Shown: positions 26,526-50,236 of the stretch, piece by piece | Numbering within the stretch: position 1 is the first letter of the stretch | How the letters are laid out: each line of letters opens with the position of its first letter | Source of the DNA: Octopus sinensis | Taxonomy: Eukaryota | DNA: 64,000 bases | Reading direction: 5' to 3' | Assembly: GCF_006345805.1 (NCBI RefSeq) | Contig: NC_043017.1 | Location: 1,798,001-1,862,000, forward strand | Made by a program: the position numbers and the translations under genes | The notes under the pieces: generated by a model | Seen by the model: only the letters and a program-made list of their open reading frames with translations | Database searches by the model: none | Told to the model about the DNA's origin: nothing

Positions 26526-27852
26526 GAGACGACCAAAAATACCGGACGAATTGAAGATGTTGTTTGGGAAAGACTTGTGTCACAAGATACGGTCGATCTA
26601 TTTAAGGAGTTGGATGGTCCACTTGGATGTGACCAATTGTGAAGTGGATGTCTTCGCTCATGTAGCTGTTGTGAAGCAGACAGCTACATGAATATAATTA
26701 AATTGTCATTGTGTAATGTTTATGCAAATATTCAATGTCTTGTGGTTTTGTATCCCCTCCATACATTTTCGTGTTTCTTTTCGAATAATTAAAAAACAAA
26801 GTAAAAATTAGAATAAGCGTCACAGGAGTTGAATGAAACGTGACTCAGATCAATGTGTCACAGAAAAACCATACATAGCCAATGGAGAAAAGTTCAACAC
26901 ACTACAGGTGAGATTCATTTCAGAGTCTGAGGCCAGAAAGCTCTCCGCAACAACCCGACGGGTGACCAACTGGTCCTCATACCAATTTGTCTTAGCCGTA
27001 ATGTATTTCATATAAAAATAGTCAACACACTCACAGAAATCATCATCTGCTTGCTGGTGATTGTGGTCTTCTTTGTCACAGAGGAGAGAAAGGAAATTCT
27101 GCAAGTATATACGCTGCAGAAGCAGGATTGATCAAATCAGCGATTAAGTAACTGATCCAAATATTTCACGAAAGCATGGAAGACCTCTCAGACGGGATTA
27201 TTCTGTCAGATACATGGCCTGAAATTTTGAAGGAGCGAGATTTGGGGAGAGAGGATAAGTCCATTTCAAGGCTTCATGTGGCACAACAGAAGTTCTCACC
27301 AACCGTGGTTTGTCATCGAATCTAGTGTCACATCTTGAACCTGTTTTGCACCAAATGCCCACTGGCAGCTGCAGGGTCTTTCACATCGTTAATTTCTATT
27401 GAAGCTGGTCTTGTACTCAATGATCTTTTCTACAGACGGATTAAATGGCTTTAACTGCAATATTTTAGCATTCGTTATCAAAGCTGTAAAGTAAACATTG
27501 AACAAATTGTATCAAATTAATACCTATTTCTTCACTACCCAAAAGGGGCTAAACACAGAGAGGACAAACAAGGATAGGCAAACGGATTAAGTCGATTATA
27601 TTGATCCCAGTGCGTAACTGGTACTTATTTAATCGACTCCGAAAGGATGAAAGGTAAAGTCGACCTCGGCGGAATATGAACTCAGAACGTAGCAGCAGAC
27701 GAAATACGGCTAAGCATTTCGCCCGGCGTGCTAGCGTTTCTGCCAGCTCACCGCCTTGTATCAAATTAATACCATGAGCGACACAACTTGAAAATCATCG
27801 ATGAAGTCTCCCAAAACTCTTTTGACACAAGTTTGTTGGCGAGAGCGATTGC

Positions 27853-28003
27853 TTATCTGAAAAGGTTGTTATGAGGAAATCTCAACGCCTCTGTGATCTG
27901 TGATAGGCAGCAGCTGTTATCTCTCAGAGTTGTGATACGGGGGCGTGTGGAAGGAGTAACCGCTTTCTATAAGTCTATATATATACACAGACATATATAT
28001 AAA
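27853..28003 (+). promoter_or_regulatory. Putative proximal promoter of the protease gene
   Basis: TATATAAA at 27996-28003 (~50 nt before ATG); GATA motifs at 27853-27858, 27901-27906, 27917-27922; E-box CAGCTG 27911-27916; GC box GGGGGCGTG 27939-27947. Motif matches only. Confidence 0.45.
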
Positions 28004-28050
28004 TTTATATTTTGTTCGGACATCAACAGAGTACTACGACATAATCAAAA

Positions 28051-37774
<9,724 letters not shown>

Positions 37775-37817
37775 CAGATGCAGGTATAAACGTTATGTAA
37801 AAATATGAACAGAATGA

Positions 37818-37828
37818 AATAAAATAAA
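37818..37828 (+). terminator. Polyadenylation signal of the protease gene
   Basis: Two overlapping AATAAA hexamers 44-54 nt after the stop codon. Confidence 0.6.
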
Positions 37829-38168
37829 ATCAAAATGACGCTTCACTTTCGGTTTAAATCTATACATATACGTCCCACTGCTTAGCACCTTAGGTAGGTG
37901 CCTTCTACTGTAGCCTCGGGCCAACGAAAGCCTTATGAATGAATTTAATAGACGGAGCTGAAAGAAGCCTGTCGTGTATATATATATATATATACACACA
38001 CATACATATATATATATATATACATACGAATTAGTGTATATTTATACACATAAGGAATCCACTTTACGTGAATTCAACACATTAGAAAGAACAGCTAGGT
38101 TCTGTAAACCACAAAAATTACGGATAAAATTCGACAGGAATAAATTTGGAAATGAAAAACATTTACCA

Positions 38169-38218
<50 letters not shown>

Positions 38219-38639
38219 GAGATGTGCTCTTTTAAGAACGTATTAGAGTACAAATAAAGGTCGTTCACACTTAGAATTCCCAAATAGAATTCCCGGTAAT
38301 ATTCTTATGGTATGCTACCAATTCTAGTCTTAGATATTCCTCGTGTGTGAAAATAAAAAAGTAAAAGAGTCAAAAGGAAGAGTAAGTACTGTTAAGTAGC
38401 TCTTCAAAGAAGAAGCCATGAATGTTGTAGCATGGAAATCTAGATTTACTTACAAAGACAACAACTGAGTATCGCCTGAGGAGATACATATAAATCTTCT
38501 TATACAGGTAAATCGTTATATAATTTAATTTAAGCTTAACTTTAAATCGTGTATATACGAGGATCTGCATGTATCGAAACATTTGTATCGATTTAAAAGC
38601 CGCCTAACCGCACTTACTCTTCCTTTTCACTTCACTTCT

Positions 38640-38915
38640 AATATATATATAATAGTGAGCGGTGTTCCACAGGGCACTGTCTTGGGACCACTGCTTTTTA
38701 CTGTGGCCTTCTCAGATATGCCCTCAAAAACCCGGATAGCCACCCTTGCAAGCTATGCAGATGATACGAAAGTCTCGCACAAAATACAGAACCCCAGCGA
38801 TGTTGCACACCTGCAGCAGGAGTTGGACTCAATATACAGATTGGCTGAGGATAATAATATGCAGTTCAATGCTGAAAAACTCCAAGCCTTGCGCTACCAG
38901 CATCCAAAACTGAAT
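38640..38915 (+). mobile_element. Reverse transcriptase fragment of a CR1/L2-group LINE
   Basis: SGVPQGTVLGPLLF...SYADDTKV...LQQELDSIYRLAEDNNMQFNAEK; no start or flanking domains. Confidence 0.9.
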
Positions 38916-40679
38916 ATGAAACTTACTACAGTTCCTCTGAAGCGTAATGAATGTGGGCATTGATTCCTTCGTAAACCTGCTGCTCTGTCAATTAGCATTG
39001 AAGAATATTTCAGAATATAAAACAGAGATGATAAGGGCATAGAGATGTCTCTATTTATCATAGTGCTGTTTCAGTGTGGTTACTGCAACGACGTTTAAAC
39101 ATTATAAAAGCAATAACTAAGAATAGTTTGGTTAATTCTAACGTACTTAATATTGGAATGACTATAAAGTTAATTGCAAATAATTATGAGGTGAAGAAAA
39201 AAATAACTACAACAGTTAATTAACTATTATTATATTTAGTAATTTAATTAAGTACGACAACGCTGTTGGGCATATTTTCACCTACTCCCAAAAGCAGTGC
39301 ACAGACACCAGCTCACTATGTAGTGATAACAGAACCGCTAAATAAACGCAGAAGTGGTGTATAACTACAACAAAATACTTTTGAGAATAATATATTTCTC
39401 CAATATAAATCTGTTAAGTTACTGTTAAGATATTTATGCAGCAAGCTGAGCGGAAAGGAATATCAAAAAAGAAATCTTATTCTGATTGTTTCTCAAAAAA
39501 CAGAAGGCAACTTTTCTAAATCTTTTGACACCAAAATGAGCTTTGAAATCAGTGTCAACTGAATGCAGTGAGGAACCTGCAATCTGATCGTTCGTTAAGA
39601 TTGCTTCTCTGCATCTTCCGAGGTAGAATAACGAGTGAAATTCACGGTGTTATATGGTATTGTGCTTCATATATACAGATTACATCAATGTACGTAATAT
39701 TTAACTACAATTAAGATTCTCAAATGAAAAATGACAAAAAAAAAAAAAGAATAGCTATTGGTTAAATGCGTAAGATAAAATAAATATTTAAAACTTTTCT
39801 TTCGTATTTTTATACAAAAGAAAATGATTGCAACCACGATAAAACATTACCGGAAAACGACGATGTAACTAAAGAATCTAGTTTAATAAGGTATCGCATT
39901 GGAGTTAATGAGCAAACCAGAACATAGTCGCCTCTATCTGCTGCTATAAATACCATCATAAGTTTATTGTGAGTCATACACAAGTGTTTTAATGAAAAAC
40001 TTGATATTTGATTTTAAAAAATAGATAAAATAAAAAAAGATGGCTGTGTATTTTTAGAAGGCCTTCGGAGAGAATCTTCTCAGGTGTGATTTGGTTTAAA
40101 CAGCAACAACGTATAATCTCAATCTACCACGTCGCTGTCGTTGAATAGTTACAATAAAGAAACATGGAAAGTATATAGAAAACAAACTGAAGCTACACTA
40201 ATTGTAGGAGGATATTAGAAGCATGAATAATGTTGTACATGTTGGATATAATCCGGCAACTAATGACACTGGCTACACAAGTAGATAAGACAGATATTAA
40301 CAAGAAGTGAATAAAGCTTTAACATAAAGCTTAATTCAAAAGATTAATTAAAATATACTAATAAGAATAGCAGTTTACATTGCAGTTTGATTATAGTTAT
40401 ATCTATTATCCCGGCTTATAGAAAGTACATAACGGAACAGTAATTAGAAAGAGGTTTCGTTATTGAGATCAACGTAATTTGTAATTTGAACTTCATACAA
40501 ATTGGATCTGCTACGGATGTAATTAGGACTATACTGATATCGGTAATATGAAAATACAATTGTAAATAAAAATCAGAATATAAATATGTTCTTGCAGCAA
40601 TTTGTTGGATTATTCAATATATATATATATGTAAATAATTCTGCTGAAACTTTGTTGAAGTACAGTCAATCTCATCTGG

Positions 40680-41280
40680 TGAAGGTGCACGCCTCGATGG
40701 TCAGAGCTTCGGACTCGCAATCATGAGGCTGTGAATGGCACCGAACTGGCAGAAAACGTTAGCACGCTGGGCGAAATGCTTAACGGTATTTCGTCAGCCG
40801 TTTCGTTCTGAGTTCAAATTCCGGCGAGGTCGAATTTACAGTTCATCCCTTCGGGGTCGATAAATTAAGTACCAGTTACGCACTGGGGTCAATATAATCG
40901 ACTTAATCCCTTTGCGTGTCCTTATTTGTCCCCTCTATGTTTAGCCCCTTGTGGGCAATAAAAAAAAACAACAATTATGAGGCTGTGAGGTCGATACCCG
41001 GACTGGGATATGTGTTGTGTTCTTGAGCAAGACACTTTATTTCACGTTGCTTCAGTTCCCCCTCAGCTGTAGAAATAAGTTGTAACGTCTCAGGTACCAA
41101 GCAGTATCGTCCTCTGCTTTTCCTTTACATAAAATCGTTGAAGTGCAGAGGGGAGGTTGGTATGCATGGATGACTGCTAGTCTTTCACAAACAACCTTGC
41201 CGGACTTGTGCGTCGGAGGGTATCTTTCTAGGTGCAATCTCATGGTCATTCATGACCGAAGGGGGTCTTTACCTTTCTAA
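40680..41280 (+). mobile_element. SINE family D interrupted by a family A SINE (40735-40971) with 17-bp TSD
   Basis: CAAT(C/T)ATGAGGCTGTGA at 40718-40734 and 40972-40988. Another family D copy at 46548-46887(-). Confidence 0.85.
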
Positions 41281-43779
41281 CCCCCATCTTGTATTTTCTT
41301 ATTCAAACGAATAAGAAGCCAGTGTTCTGCTGCAATATGTGGCGCATCGAAACTAATTCCCTGCAGCATTTACTTACATTTATATTTATTTGAAATTCGA
41401 AGCTGGCTGGACAACTTTGTCTTCCTTATTTTTGTTTTCATTATGAATAGAACAATGGATTGGCAAAAACAGTGGAATCAATCAATTTAACAATTTCCCT
41501 AGTAAAATGAAACATTCCAATGAAAAAAATAAAACATTACGAATTTGTTTTGAATATAATTTGTATGCAAAGATCCATGCGACAGAGAAGGCACAAACAC
41601 CGAACTTATTGCGCAGCAGAGGTGTAATTTCACCCTGACAAATCTGATTTACAATCTACCGTTCGTTCTTTGTGATTATGATTGTTTATAGTTCGATAAT
41701 TCATAAAGCAGTATATATTTTATGAAATAATAATAATATCATAATAAAAACTTAACAATTGTTTTTCCTGCCGAAAGCAATTCTTAGTAATTTGTTCTCT
41801 GAAAAATTCTTATTTCCAACGCCTTCAAGTAAGGATGAAACTACTTCGGCAAATGTAGTAAAATCGATGCTAGGTTAAAATGCAAAATAGACCGAAATAG
41901 GTTCAGAGTAACCTGACGTAAACAACGAATGCTTACCGTTGGCTAATTCTGCCTCCTTCACATTTTGTAATCGTTTCTGTTTCACATCTTGATGTCCATT
42001 GCGTCAAATGTTTATTCGACCATCATACATATAATGAAAAACACAATGTATGTCTAGTCGGTCACGCCTTGAAAGAAAGAGTAAAACAACACACACACAC
42101 ACACACACACACACAAATATATAATATCATAAGGGCCGGTTTCCCGGTTTCCTTGGCGTATAGGTCCCCCACCTGGACGGGACACCAGTCCGTCGCAGGT
42201 AAGCTGCAAGAGGAAAGAGTGAGAGAAAGTTGTGGCGAAAGAGTCAGCAGAAGTTCGCCATTACGTTCTGCAGGAGCCGCGTGGAGCCTAGGTGTTTCGC
42301 TCATAAACACACACATCGCCCTGTCTGAGATTCGAACCCGCGATCCCTCGACCTCGAGTCCGCTGTTCTAACCACTGGGCCATGTGCCCCCACATACATA
42401 CTTATAATTCTTGTCTATATTTAAAACCGTTTGATTTTAAAATTAAATACAAATTTTAAATCAAATAAACATATGAAAAGTCATATTTATATTATGATTT
42501 GTGCTTAAGGCGAGCAGGATATAACCTCAGCGGCAAAACCTCAACTGACCTACAGCTCATGTTTTAACATATAATCATTATCAATTGCAGATGAACAGGA
42601 GGTTGTTTTTGTTTTCCCTCATTGTTCTCAATAACAATACATCAAGATCAAGCGAAATATTAATAAAGTCACAAACAATAGTGGAAATATATTCGACACA
42701 AAATAAAATGCGTATACATTGTGAATACTCCGGCAACTAATGACACTGGCCATACAAGTAAGTAAGGTAGGCATTAACAAGAAGCGAGTAAAGCTATAAC
42801 ATAATGCTTATTCAAAAGATTAATTAAAATATACTAATAAGAATAGCAGTTTACATTGCAGTTTGATTATAGTTATATCTATTATCCCGGCTTATAGGAA
42901 GTGCATAACGGAACAGTAATTAGAAAGAGATTTCGTTATTGAGAGGAACGAAGTATTTAATTTAAACTTGATTGAAATTAGGGTGACAACAGATGTAATT
43001 AGGACTTGCTGCAATTCTGAAATATAAAGATACGATTCTAAGCAAGATTTGGTAAGATTTGAACCAACATTTCTTTTATATCAAATCCTAGTGATTATAG
43101 AAAGAGGAATATGGTTATGCTGGTGAACCAACTTTAGTAGACAAATTATGCTATAAAAGAAGACAGGGTTGTTAAATCTTGTATCCCGGGTGGAAGATAA
43201 AAATTAAATTAAGAAATGGTTGTACACCAAATGAAATCTGAAAGGACGACTTTCACAAGAGTCACTCAGTCATTTATTAACGCAAGATTATATGGGCAGA
43301 TTTTTTTCCATAAAAACAAACGTTTTGTTAAAATCTCACACAACTGCAGAAATTACAAATCCCATCAACAAAATCTACAGCCCTGCAGATGAGAAAGAAT
43401 ATTTTAAAAAATCCATTCCTTAGATTGCACGTCTAAATCATTCACACCAGTGTTTAATGATGCAGCATTATAATGGCATTTTTTTTTCTGATGGAATCTC
43501 TGAGCATTCCTGATATTGACCATTTATTTGTTCGATTATCTGCCTACCTATTCCTAAAACCAACGTATAAGTGGCTAAGTGTCCTAAAGCTACGGGTCCA
43601 GTTAATGTAAATTCTATGGCCGAATGATTATGACAAAATACGTGATGTTGTGAGCATTTTAAATTTCAAACAGATCCATGGAAGGACATCCGCATCCTTT
43701 TTGTGTAACTAACGATGTTGCGTCATATAAAAGTGAATCGCAGTTTTATTGAATTCGCGGTTTATATATTTGTAAGTAA

Positions 43780-44236
43780 ATGCTGCAGGGAAGATTGACC
43801 TTATTGAAGTTTCAACTCATGGTGCTTTGTGAAGGACAATGTTCTGATGACAATGTGCAAGTGCTTCCGCGTGGCTGTTCAAATATTTCAAGTAAGGCCA
43901 CATCTTCCACTAGTCTTCTTGGCCTTAGTTTATCTTCGAGGCTGTCCACACCTTCCTTGAAGCGTCTGAACCAGGTTCGAGTCCATACGTTCGTTGACAG
44001 TGTCTGGAAATTCCACATTATTAATTTCTCTTGCTGCCGACCTTGTTCTCAGTCATTTTTTATTCCACAAATAGCTTAAATGCCACTAATGATACTTTGT
44101 TTTTTATTTAATCACGCATTATAAAAATTGTAAAATAAAGAAAAATATAACATAAACAATTTAGCAACGATTGGACAACAACGTGTATCAAATTAATGAT
44201 ATAACATGGCAATACAAGTTGGCAGCCTCCTTCAGT
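43780..44236 (-). mobile_element. Mariner 5' fragment (HTH region)
   Basis: WFRRFKEGVDSLEDK.R...VEDVALLE..EQ..STCTLS...SQST; TIR-like sequence near 44205-44236. Confidence 0.75.
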
Positions 44237-44593
44237 GAAAATACGAAAAACATTTGACTGAATATAGTAAATACGTATTCATATTTATAAATATAAATGC
44301 TAGTGCTTTTATTAGTCTGAGTGTATTTCTTAGAGTACCCGAGTATTTCAAGCGAGATGTATATTTTTCAAATTTTGTTTTCAGTTTGATAATATTTTTC
44401 TTAATGTTTAATCAAAACCGTGCTTTAATATCACTACATCAATTTATAAAAGCCACCTCCAGTTATATGCTTCAATATTAGAATGGCATATCTATCTATC
44501 TATCTGTCTCTCTCTCTCTCCCTCTCTCTCTCTCTCTCTATCTATCTATCTATTTCTGTATCTATATGTGTCTTGCGCATATGTGTGTGTTTA

Positions 44594-44657
<64 letters not shown>

Positions 44658-45806
44658 GTATTTATTGTGTGTGCAAGTGTGAAAATGTGCATATGGATGT
44701 GTATAACTGCACAAATATACACATAAGCATGCACATACATAATCAATTTTGAAAATGAAGTACGATCTTCCAACAAATCTAGATTTATATCTCTCAGACG
44801 AAAAATGATATTCAAGTTTATTCAAATATTATTCACAAAGTAAACCGACTAATTAATCGCTGATTACTTTAGCTATTCTATTTTCATTTTCTGTTTTCTT
44901 TGCAATACGTTTGGCACCAATGTTATTAAAATTCCTTTTCAGATGAAATAGATATTAAAAAGAAAGAATCAACAAAATAACGAGCATATAATTGAATACA
45001 CTCGAAGAGCAAATAATTATATTTGCATTCAAATTGGCCATACCTTAATGCGATTTCTTTCTTCCTTTTCTAACTGGCATAAGAAATTTTTTTTAAGCAG
45101 ATTTAAATTTAAACAAGCATAAGAAATAAACCAAAAAAGGAGTTGGAAATACAGACATGCACATACATGTACAGGCAATCTCTTGGCGCACAAATACTTG
45201 TAGAGTTAATTATAAACGCGTGATTGCAATGTTTGCGCATATATTACATACGAACACGCTCGCACAAATACACAAATATGTGTGTGCCTCTGTGTGTGTG
45301 TGTGTGTGTGTGCATTCGATTACATTTTTAACAGTTTGCAAACCTTAGCTATACCTGGATTTTGCGGAGGATAATCCTGATGGTGTTTAAATTTTTACAT
45401 AAACAAAAATATATAATTAGTATACTTAGATAGTATTTGCTTCTTCCTTTTGCCTTCTTCTTCTTCTTCTTCTTCTTCTTCTTCTTTCTTCTTCTTCTTC
45501 TTCTTCTTCTTCTTCTTCTTCATCGTCCTCTTCTTCATAACATAATATTATCTTTTAATTTTTTAATTTTTACGTTCTACCTGTTTCAGTCATTTGATCG
45601 CGGCCATGTTGGGGCACCACTTTTAAGGGTTTTAATCGAACAACTCAAAGCCCAGAACTTACGTTTTTAAGCCTGCTATTTGTTCTGTCGGACTCTTTCT
45701 GGCGAAGAGCTAAGTTGCACTTGTTGTCAAGCGATGGTGAAGAACAAAATCAGACACCAACACACTCACATAATCATATATATGCACATATATATATGTT
45801 TGTATA

Positions 45807-45857
<51 letters not shown>

Positions 45858-45892
45858 TAAGATATATATATATATATATTGAGATATATATA

Positions 45893-46050
45893 CAGTAACG
45901 TCCCTTTGTATAACGGTCATTTTTCATAGCGTTTTTCCGATGGCCGGATAACTGAAGAGATGGTGGCGTGGATTTCCACCTCGGCATCCGAAACTCGGAG
46001 TTTTATCATGGCTACCGAATAATTATCACATATTACATTTACATATAAAT
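45893..46050 (+). mobile_element. TA-flanked repeat carrying the H4 hammerhead
   Basis: Homologous over ~150 nt to 57135-57356 on the minus strand. Confidence 0.75.
45947..46007 (+). ncRNA. Type I hammerhead motif (family H4)
   Basis: GAUAA CUGAAGA [GAUG...GUGG-AUUU-CCAC...CAUC C] GAAA CUC-G-GAG U U | UUAUC; stem I extends through GCC/GGC after an internal loop. Confidence 0.72.
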
Positions 46051-47011
46051 TCCTCTTTTTACATAATATCGAGGTCTCTTTCTTACTGTTTTTATCAATA
46101 TATATATATATATATATATTTATATACATGTGTGTGCACTTTCCTTTATAGAACTACATCTGGCTGAGTTGAGAGGGCTCTGAACAACGTACTGCATTCA
46201 CATTTATGTTAATGTGAAAATATTTTAGTCATCACGATTATAAGTTCATATACACAAAAATGAGGCGAATATACTTCACTGCTATTAGTAGCGGGAAAAC
46301 TTTACGGTTGACGACTGCATATTTCCTTTACATAACCATGCATAACTTTTCTAATGTTCAATAAGATACAATAGAGTGCTAACCTATAAAGACAATAATC
46401 CCTATATCACTGCCTGAGTTGTACAAATACAGGCTTGTTGAAATACATAAATTAAGAACATAATTATACATACATATATTAATGCTCTGTTGCATACCTA
46501 CTGAAATTTAAGTGGGATTTTTTCTTTGTCATTTCTTCGAAATCAGGTAAAGAGTAAATACCCGCTTTCGGTCATAAATGACCGTTGGATTGCACTTCGA
46601 AATTTACTCTCCGAGACACAGGTGCGAGCAAAGTTGTTTATGGAAGACTAGCAATCTGCCATGCATACCAGCCTCTCCTCTCCGCGCCACAGATGTTGTA
46701 CAAGGCAAAGGCCGATACAGCTTGACACCAGTGGCATAACAACTCATTCCTACTGCTGAGGGAACAGAAGCTAAGTGAAATAAAGTGACTTGCTCAAGAA
46801 CACAATACACAATCTACTCCAGGATTCGAATTCCCTACCTCATTATTGTGATCCCGACGCTCCAACCATTGAGCCATGCATCTTCACTCTTCCAAATCTA
46901 TAGTGCAGAATCAATACATTATTGGTGCCAATTTCTTTAAGGCGCTCAGTCATCTCCCGAAAAGGGATCGCAATCAAATCTACAGAAATCAATACATTCC
47001 GTCTCTGCAAA

Positions 47012-47065
<54 letters not shown>

Positions 47066-47701
47066 GAAACTAATACAAAACCATAAGATAAACGCATAAC
47101 GTCCCGAAAATCTAAAAAAAAACATATATCATTGAATGAACTAATGTCATTATAAGTGTAGTATGTTGTATTAATTGTTTTTAAAATTTTTTTCAGTTTT
47201 TTTCTTGTATATTTCTGTGGGTGTGTTTTGGAATGTGTTTGTTTGTATGTTTGTTTGTTTGTCTGTGTGTAGATGTGTATAGTAGACTGTACTGGGACCG
47301 GAACTTTGGGAATGGAACAGAGGCATGGAAATCGTTGCCAGAGACATCGTCAGTGATCCTTTGAGAATTACCTAAACGAATCAAATATAAAAAAATAGCA
47401 TTTTCTGTGCTAATGGATGAAAATGATTCGGAGCCAAATGTATGACATTAGTTAATTGGAAAAGACGCTTTTAATTTATAGAACTCGGCCAGTCGGCTAC
47501 AGTATGCTGCAGATATCCTGACGATAAACATGTTTGTGACGACGATGAAAGACAATAACGAATGGCAACGAGGATAACAACTGCAGGATTATTGATATTA
47601 AGCGATCCACATCGAATGGTTTTCAAAAAACTATTGATGATATCAATCTTTCAATGATTCTGGCACAAAAAGATCTGCACGCGCATACACACACATACAT
47701 A

Positions 47702-47732
<31 letters not shown>

Positions 47733-47848
47733 GCATGTTGGGGTCACAAGACCGACGTCGACGACAACAACAGCTGCAAGAATGGTAAAAGAAATCATTA
47801 AGATTGCATTGTTGCTATCAATGTTGTTGTAAGTATAATAATAATAAT

Positions 47849-47884
<36 letters not shown>

Positions 47885-47900
47885 AATAATAATAATAATA

Positions 47901-48846
47901 AATCGATATAAACGTATCTGTCAATCGATATAAACATATCTGTCAAGACCTAGCAAAAACTGAGCAAATATAAAGATCTTGAAATAGAATTCAGCAAAAT
48001 GTGGAACCTGAAGACTAAAACAATACCTGTTGTCATAGGTGCTCTGGGAATGATAGCAAAAGGGGCTCATTGCTACCTAACTCAGATACCAGGAAACCCC
48101 AAAATGGTAGAAATTCAAAAGATAGTGCTCATGGGAACTGCTCATATCCTACGCAAAATACTTTCTATGTAATCTCAAGTTTTAAAACAAACATATTTTC
48201 GTATGTTTTTTTTAGACATTCACTAGTACAACACTAAGTACAAAACCAAATATATGGCAGCCTAGGCATAATACCAACATGAACTTCCAACTTCTTGTCT
48301 CTTGAAGTTTCTGGTGAGACTTGGAGCCAACTTGTACAAATGTAAAGCAAAAGTCAAACATATCATAATAATAATAATATAAATCGATATAAACGTATCT
48401 GTCAATCGATATAAACATATCTGTCAAGACCTAGCAAAAACTGAGCAAATATAAAGATCTTGAAATAGAATTCAGCAAAATGTGGAACCTGAAGACTAAA
48501 ACAATACCTGTTGTCATAGGTGCTCTGGGAATGATAGCAAAAGGGGCTCATTGCTACCTAACTCAGATACCAGGAAACCCCAAAATGGTAGAAATTCAAA
48601 AGATAGTGCTCATGGGAACTGCTCATATCCTACGCAAAATACTTTCTATGTAATCTCAAGTTTTAAAACAAACATAATTTTCGTATGTTTTTTTTAGACA
48701 TTCACTAGTACAACACTAAGTACAAAACCAAATATATGGCAGCCTAGGCATAATACCAACATGAACTTCCAACTTCTTGTCTCTTGAAGTTTCTGGTGAG
48801 ACTTGGAGCCAACTTGTACAAATGTAAAGCAAAAGTCAAACATATC
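47901..48846 (+). mobile_element. Two tandem 5'-truncated 3' ends of a REL LINE (R4/Dong-like) within (TAA)n
   Basis: KLSKYKDLEIEFSKMWNLKTKTIPVVIGALGMI...VLMGTAHILRKILSM* plus 3'UTR; ~481-nt period; near-identical copies; TAA repeats on all junctions. Confidence 0.88.
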
Positions 48847-49584
48847 ATAATAATAATAATAATAATAATAATAAGAAGAAGAAGAAGAGAAGAAGAAGAA
48901 GAAGAAGAAGAAAAAGAAGAAGAAGAATGAGATAAAGAGTTTTTGCTGAGATCAAGTGATATGCGATAGGTTGATTTGACACAACGAGGTCAAAACATCA
49001 CAGGATCTCGCCAATAAAATCAATGTGTTGTTAACATACATCTTCTCAAATGAGAAGCTGTTCTCCGAAGACGAAATACAAAACCTATTTTTATGTTCAC
49101 GTTCGAATCTGCCCGAGCATATTATGAATGAACATGTAAGTCATTATTTTAATCCACGCTGTTCTCCGAGCAAATGATAGTTTATCATATATACATACAT
49201 ATACACATACATAAATACGGGCAGACACGCATACACATACAAAAACAATTTGAATACGAGGCATCCTTCAGGTATTACAGCAAGATGATATATATATATT
49301 TTTTTCAATTTCATAAGTTCATCTTTAAGATTATATGAAGAACTCATACGGAAATGAAAGACATATAAAATATTCACAATACTAAAATCAAAACTGTCAC
49401 CTGAACGAAATCGTTCATACAACGTTGACGTCTTGTTTTTATGAATTTCAAATTATGTAAATAATTGAATAATATCTATTCGTTTCCGGCGCAATCCTCT
49501 GCTAAACCGTTGCATGTGGAACATAGAATACAGAACGGACGCTGTAAATGTTCCGTTGAGTGGTAGGCCTATTTAAATACATAC

Positions 49585-49635
<51 letters not shown>

Positions 49636-49768
49636 ATGAGGGTGTCTAAAAGACACCAACATGCCGAAATAGCAGTCGAAACTCTGACTATAAAACCACG
49701 TTAAATGTTCATATCGCACCATGAGGTAAAGTGGAGGGACAAAACATACAAGCAAAAATTATTGAATA

Positions 49769-49828
49769 ATTCAAGATCCAAGGATTTCTGGTTCTGCTTT
49801 AAATAAGCTTTACCGTCATCAATTGAAT
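49769..49828 (-). ncRNA. Type I hammerhead motif (family H5, C3U variant)
   Basis: Minus strand: AUUCAA UUGAUGA C-GGU...ACC-A GAAA UCC-UU-GGA U C | UUGAAU. 6-bp stem I, AUC triplet. Confidence 0.65.
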
Positions 49829-50181
49829 ATATCAAGGGTACATAAATACAGATATATATATATGCACAGCAAACGATATACTTACATATACGAGCGTCGC
49901 ACATACATACATATGCACGTATGGACACAGCCAGTTTGAATCGCCCGCCAAATCACCGCATAATCACGATATGGTTAAAATAAGCACCGCAGTGAATATA
50001 ATAACGAATTATATAAATTTATATATGAGGATAATATCGATATTTAAGTGTCGAAATTATCAAGTGGCCAGCATGAAAGAAATACCTTACAAAGGTAAAA
50101 AAAATGCTTAACAATTAAAAATGAGGGTGTCTAAAAGACACCAACATGCCGAAATAGCAGTCGAAACTCTGACTATAAACT

Positions 50182-50236
50182 CTGATGACGGTAAAGCTTA
50201 TTTAAAGCAGAAGCAGAAATCCTTGGATCTTGAATT
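50182..50236 (+). ncRNA. Type I hammerhead motif (family H5), canonical core but 5' strand of stem I lost at an inversion junction
   Basis: CUGAUGA 50182-50188, GAAA 50216-50219, AUCC-UU-GGAU C | UUGAAU. The upstream sequence is the inverted arm. Confidence 0.55.

Noticed and set aside
26830-27330. Possible coding relic (84-aa minus ORF)
   Set aside because: Looks like decayed transposon sequence but I could not assign any motif; likewise 9060-9620.
38583-38963. Host gene encoding a 126-aa protein
   Set aside because: Internal RT fragment of a LINE with a TTG start in unrelated sequence.
42585-42640. TTGCAG|ATGAA acceptor resembling protease exon 2 (paralog remnant)
   Set aside because: Following codons have no S1 similarity and hit a stop.
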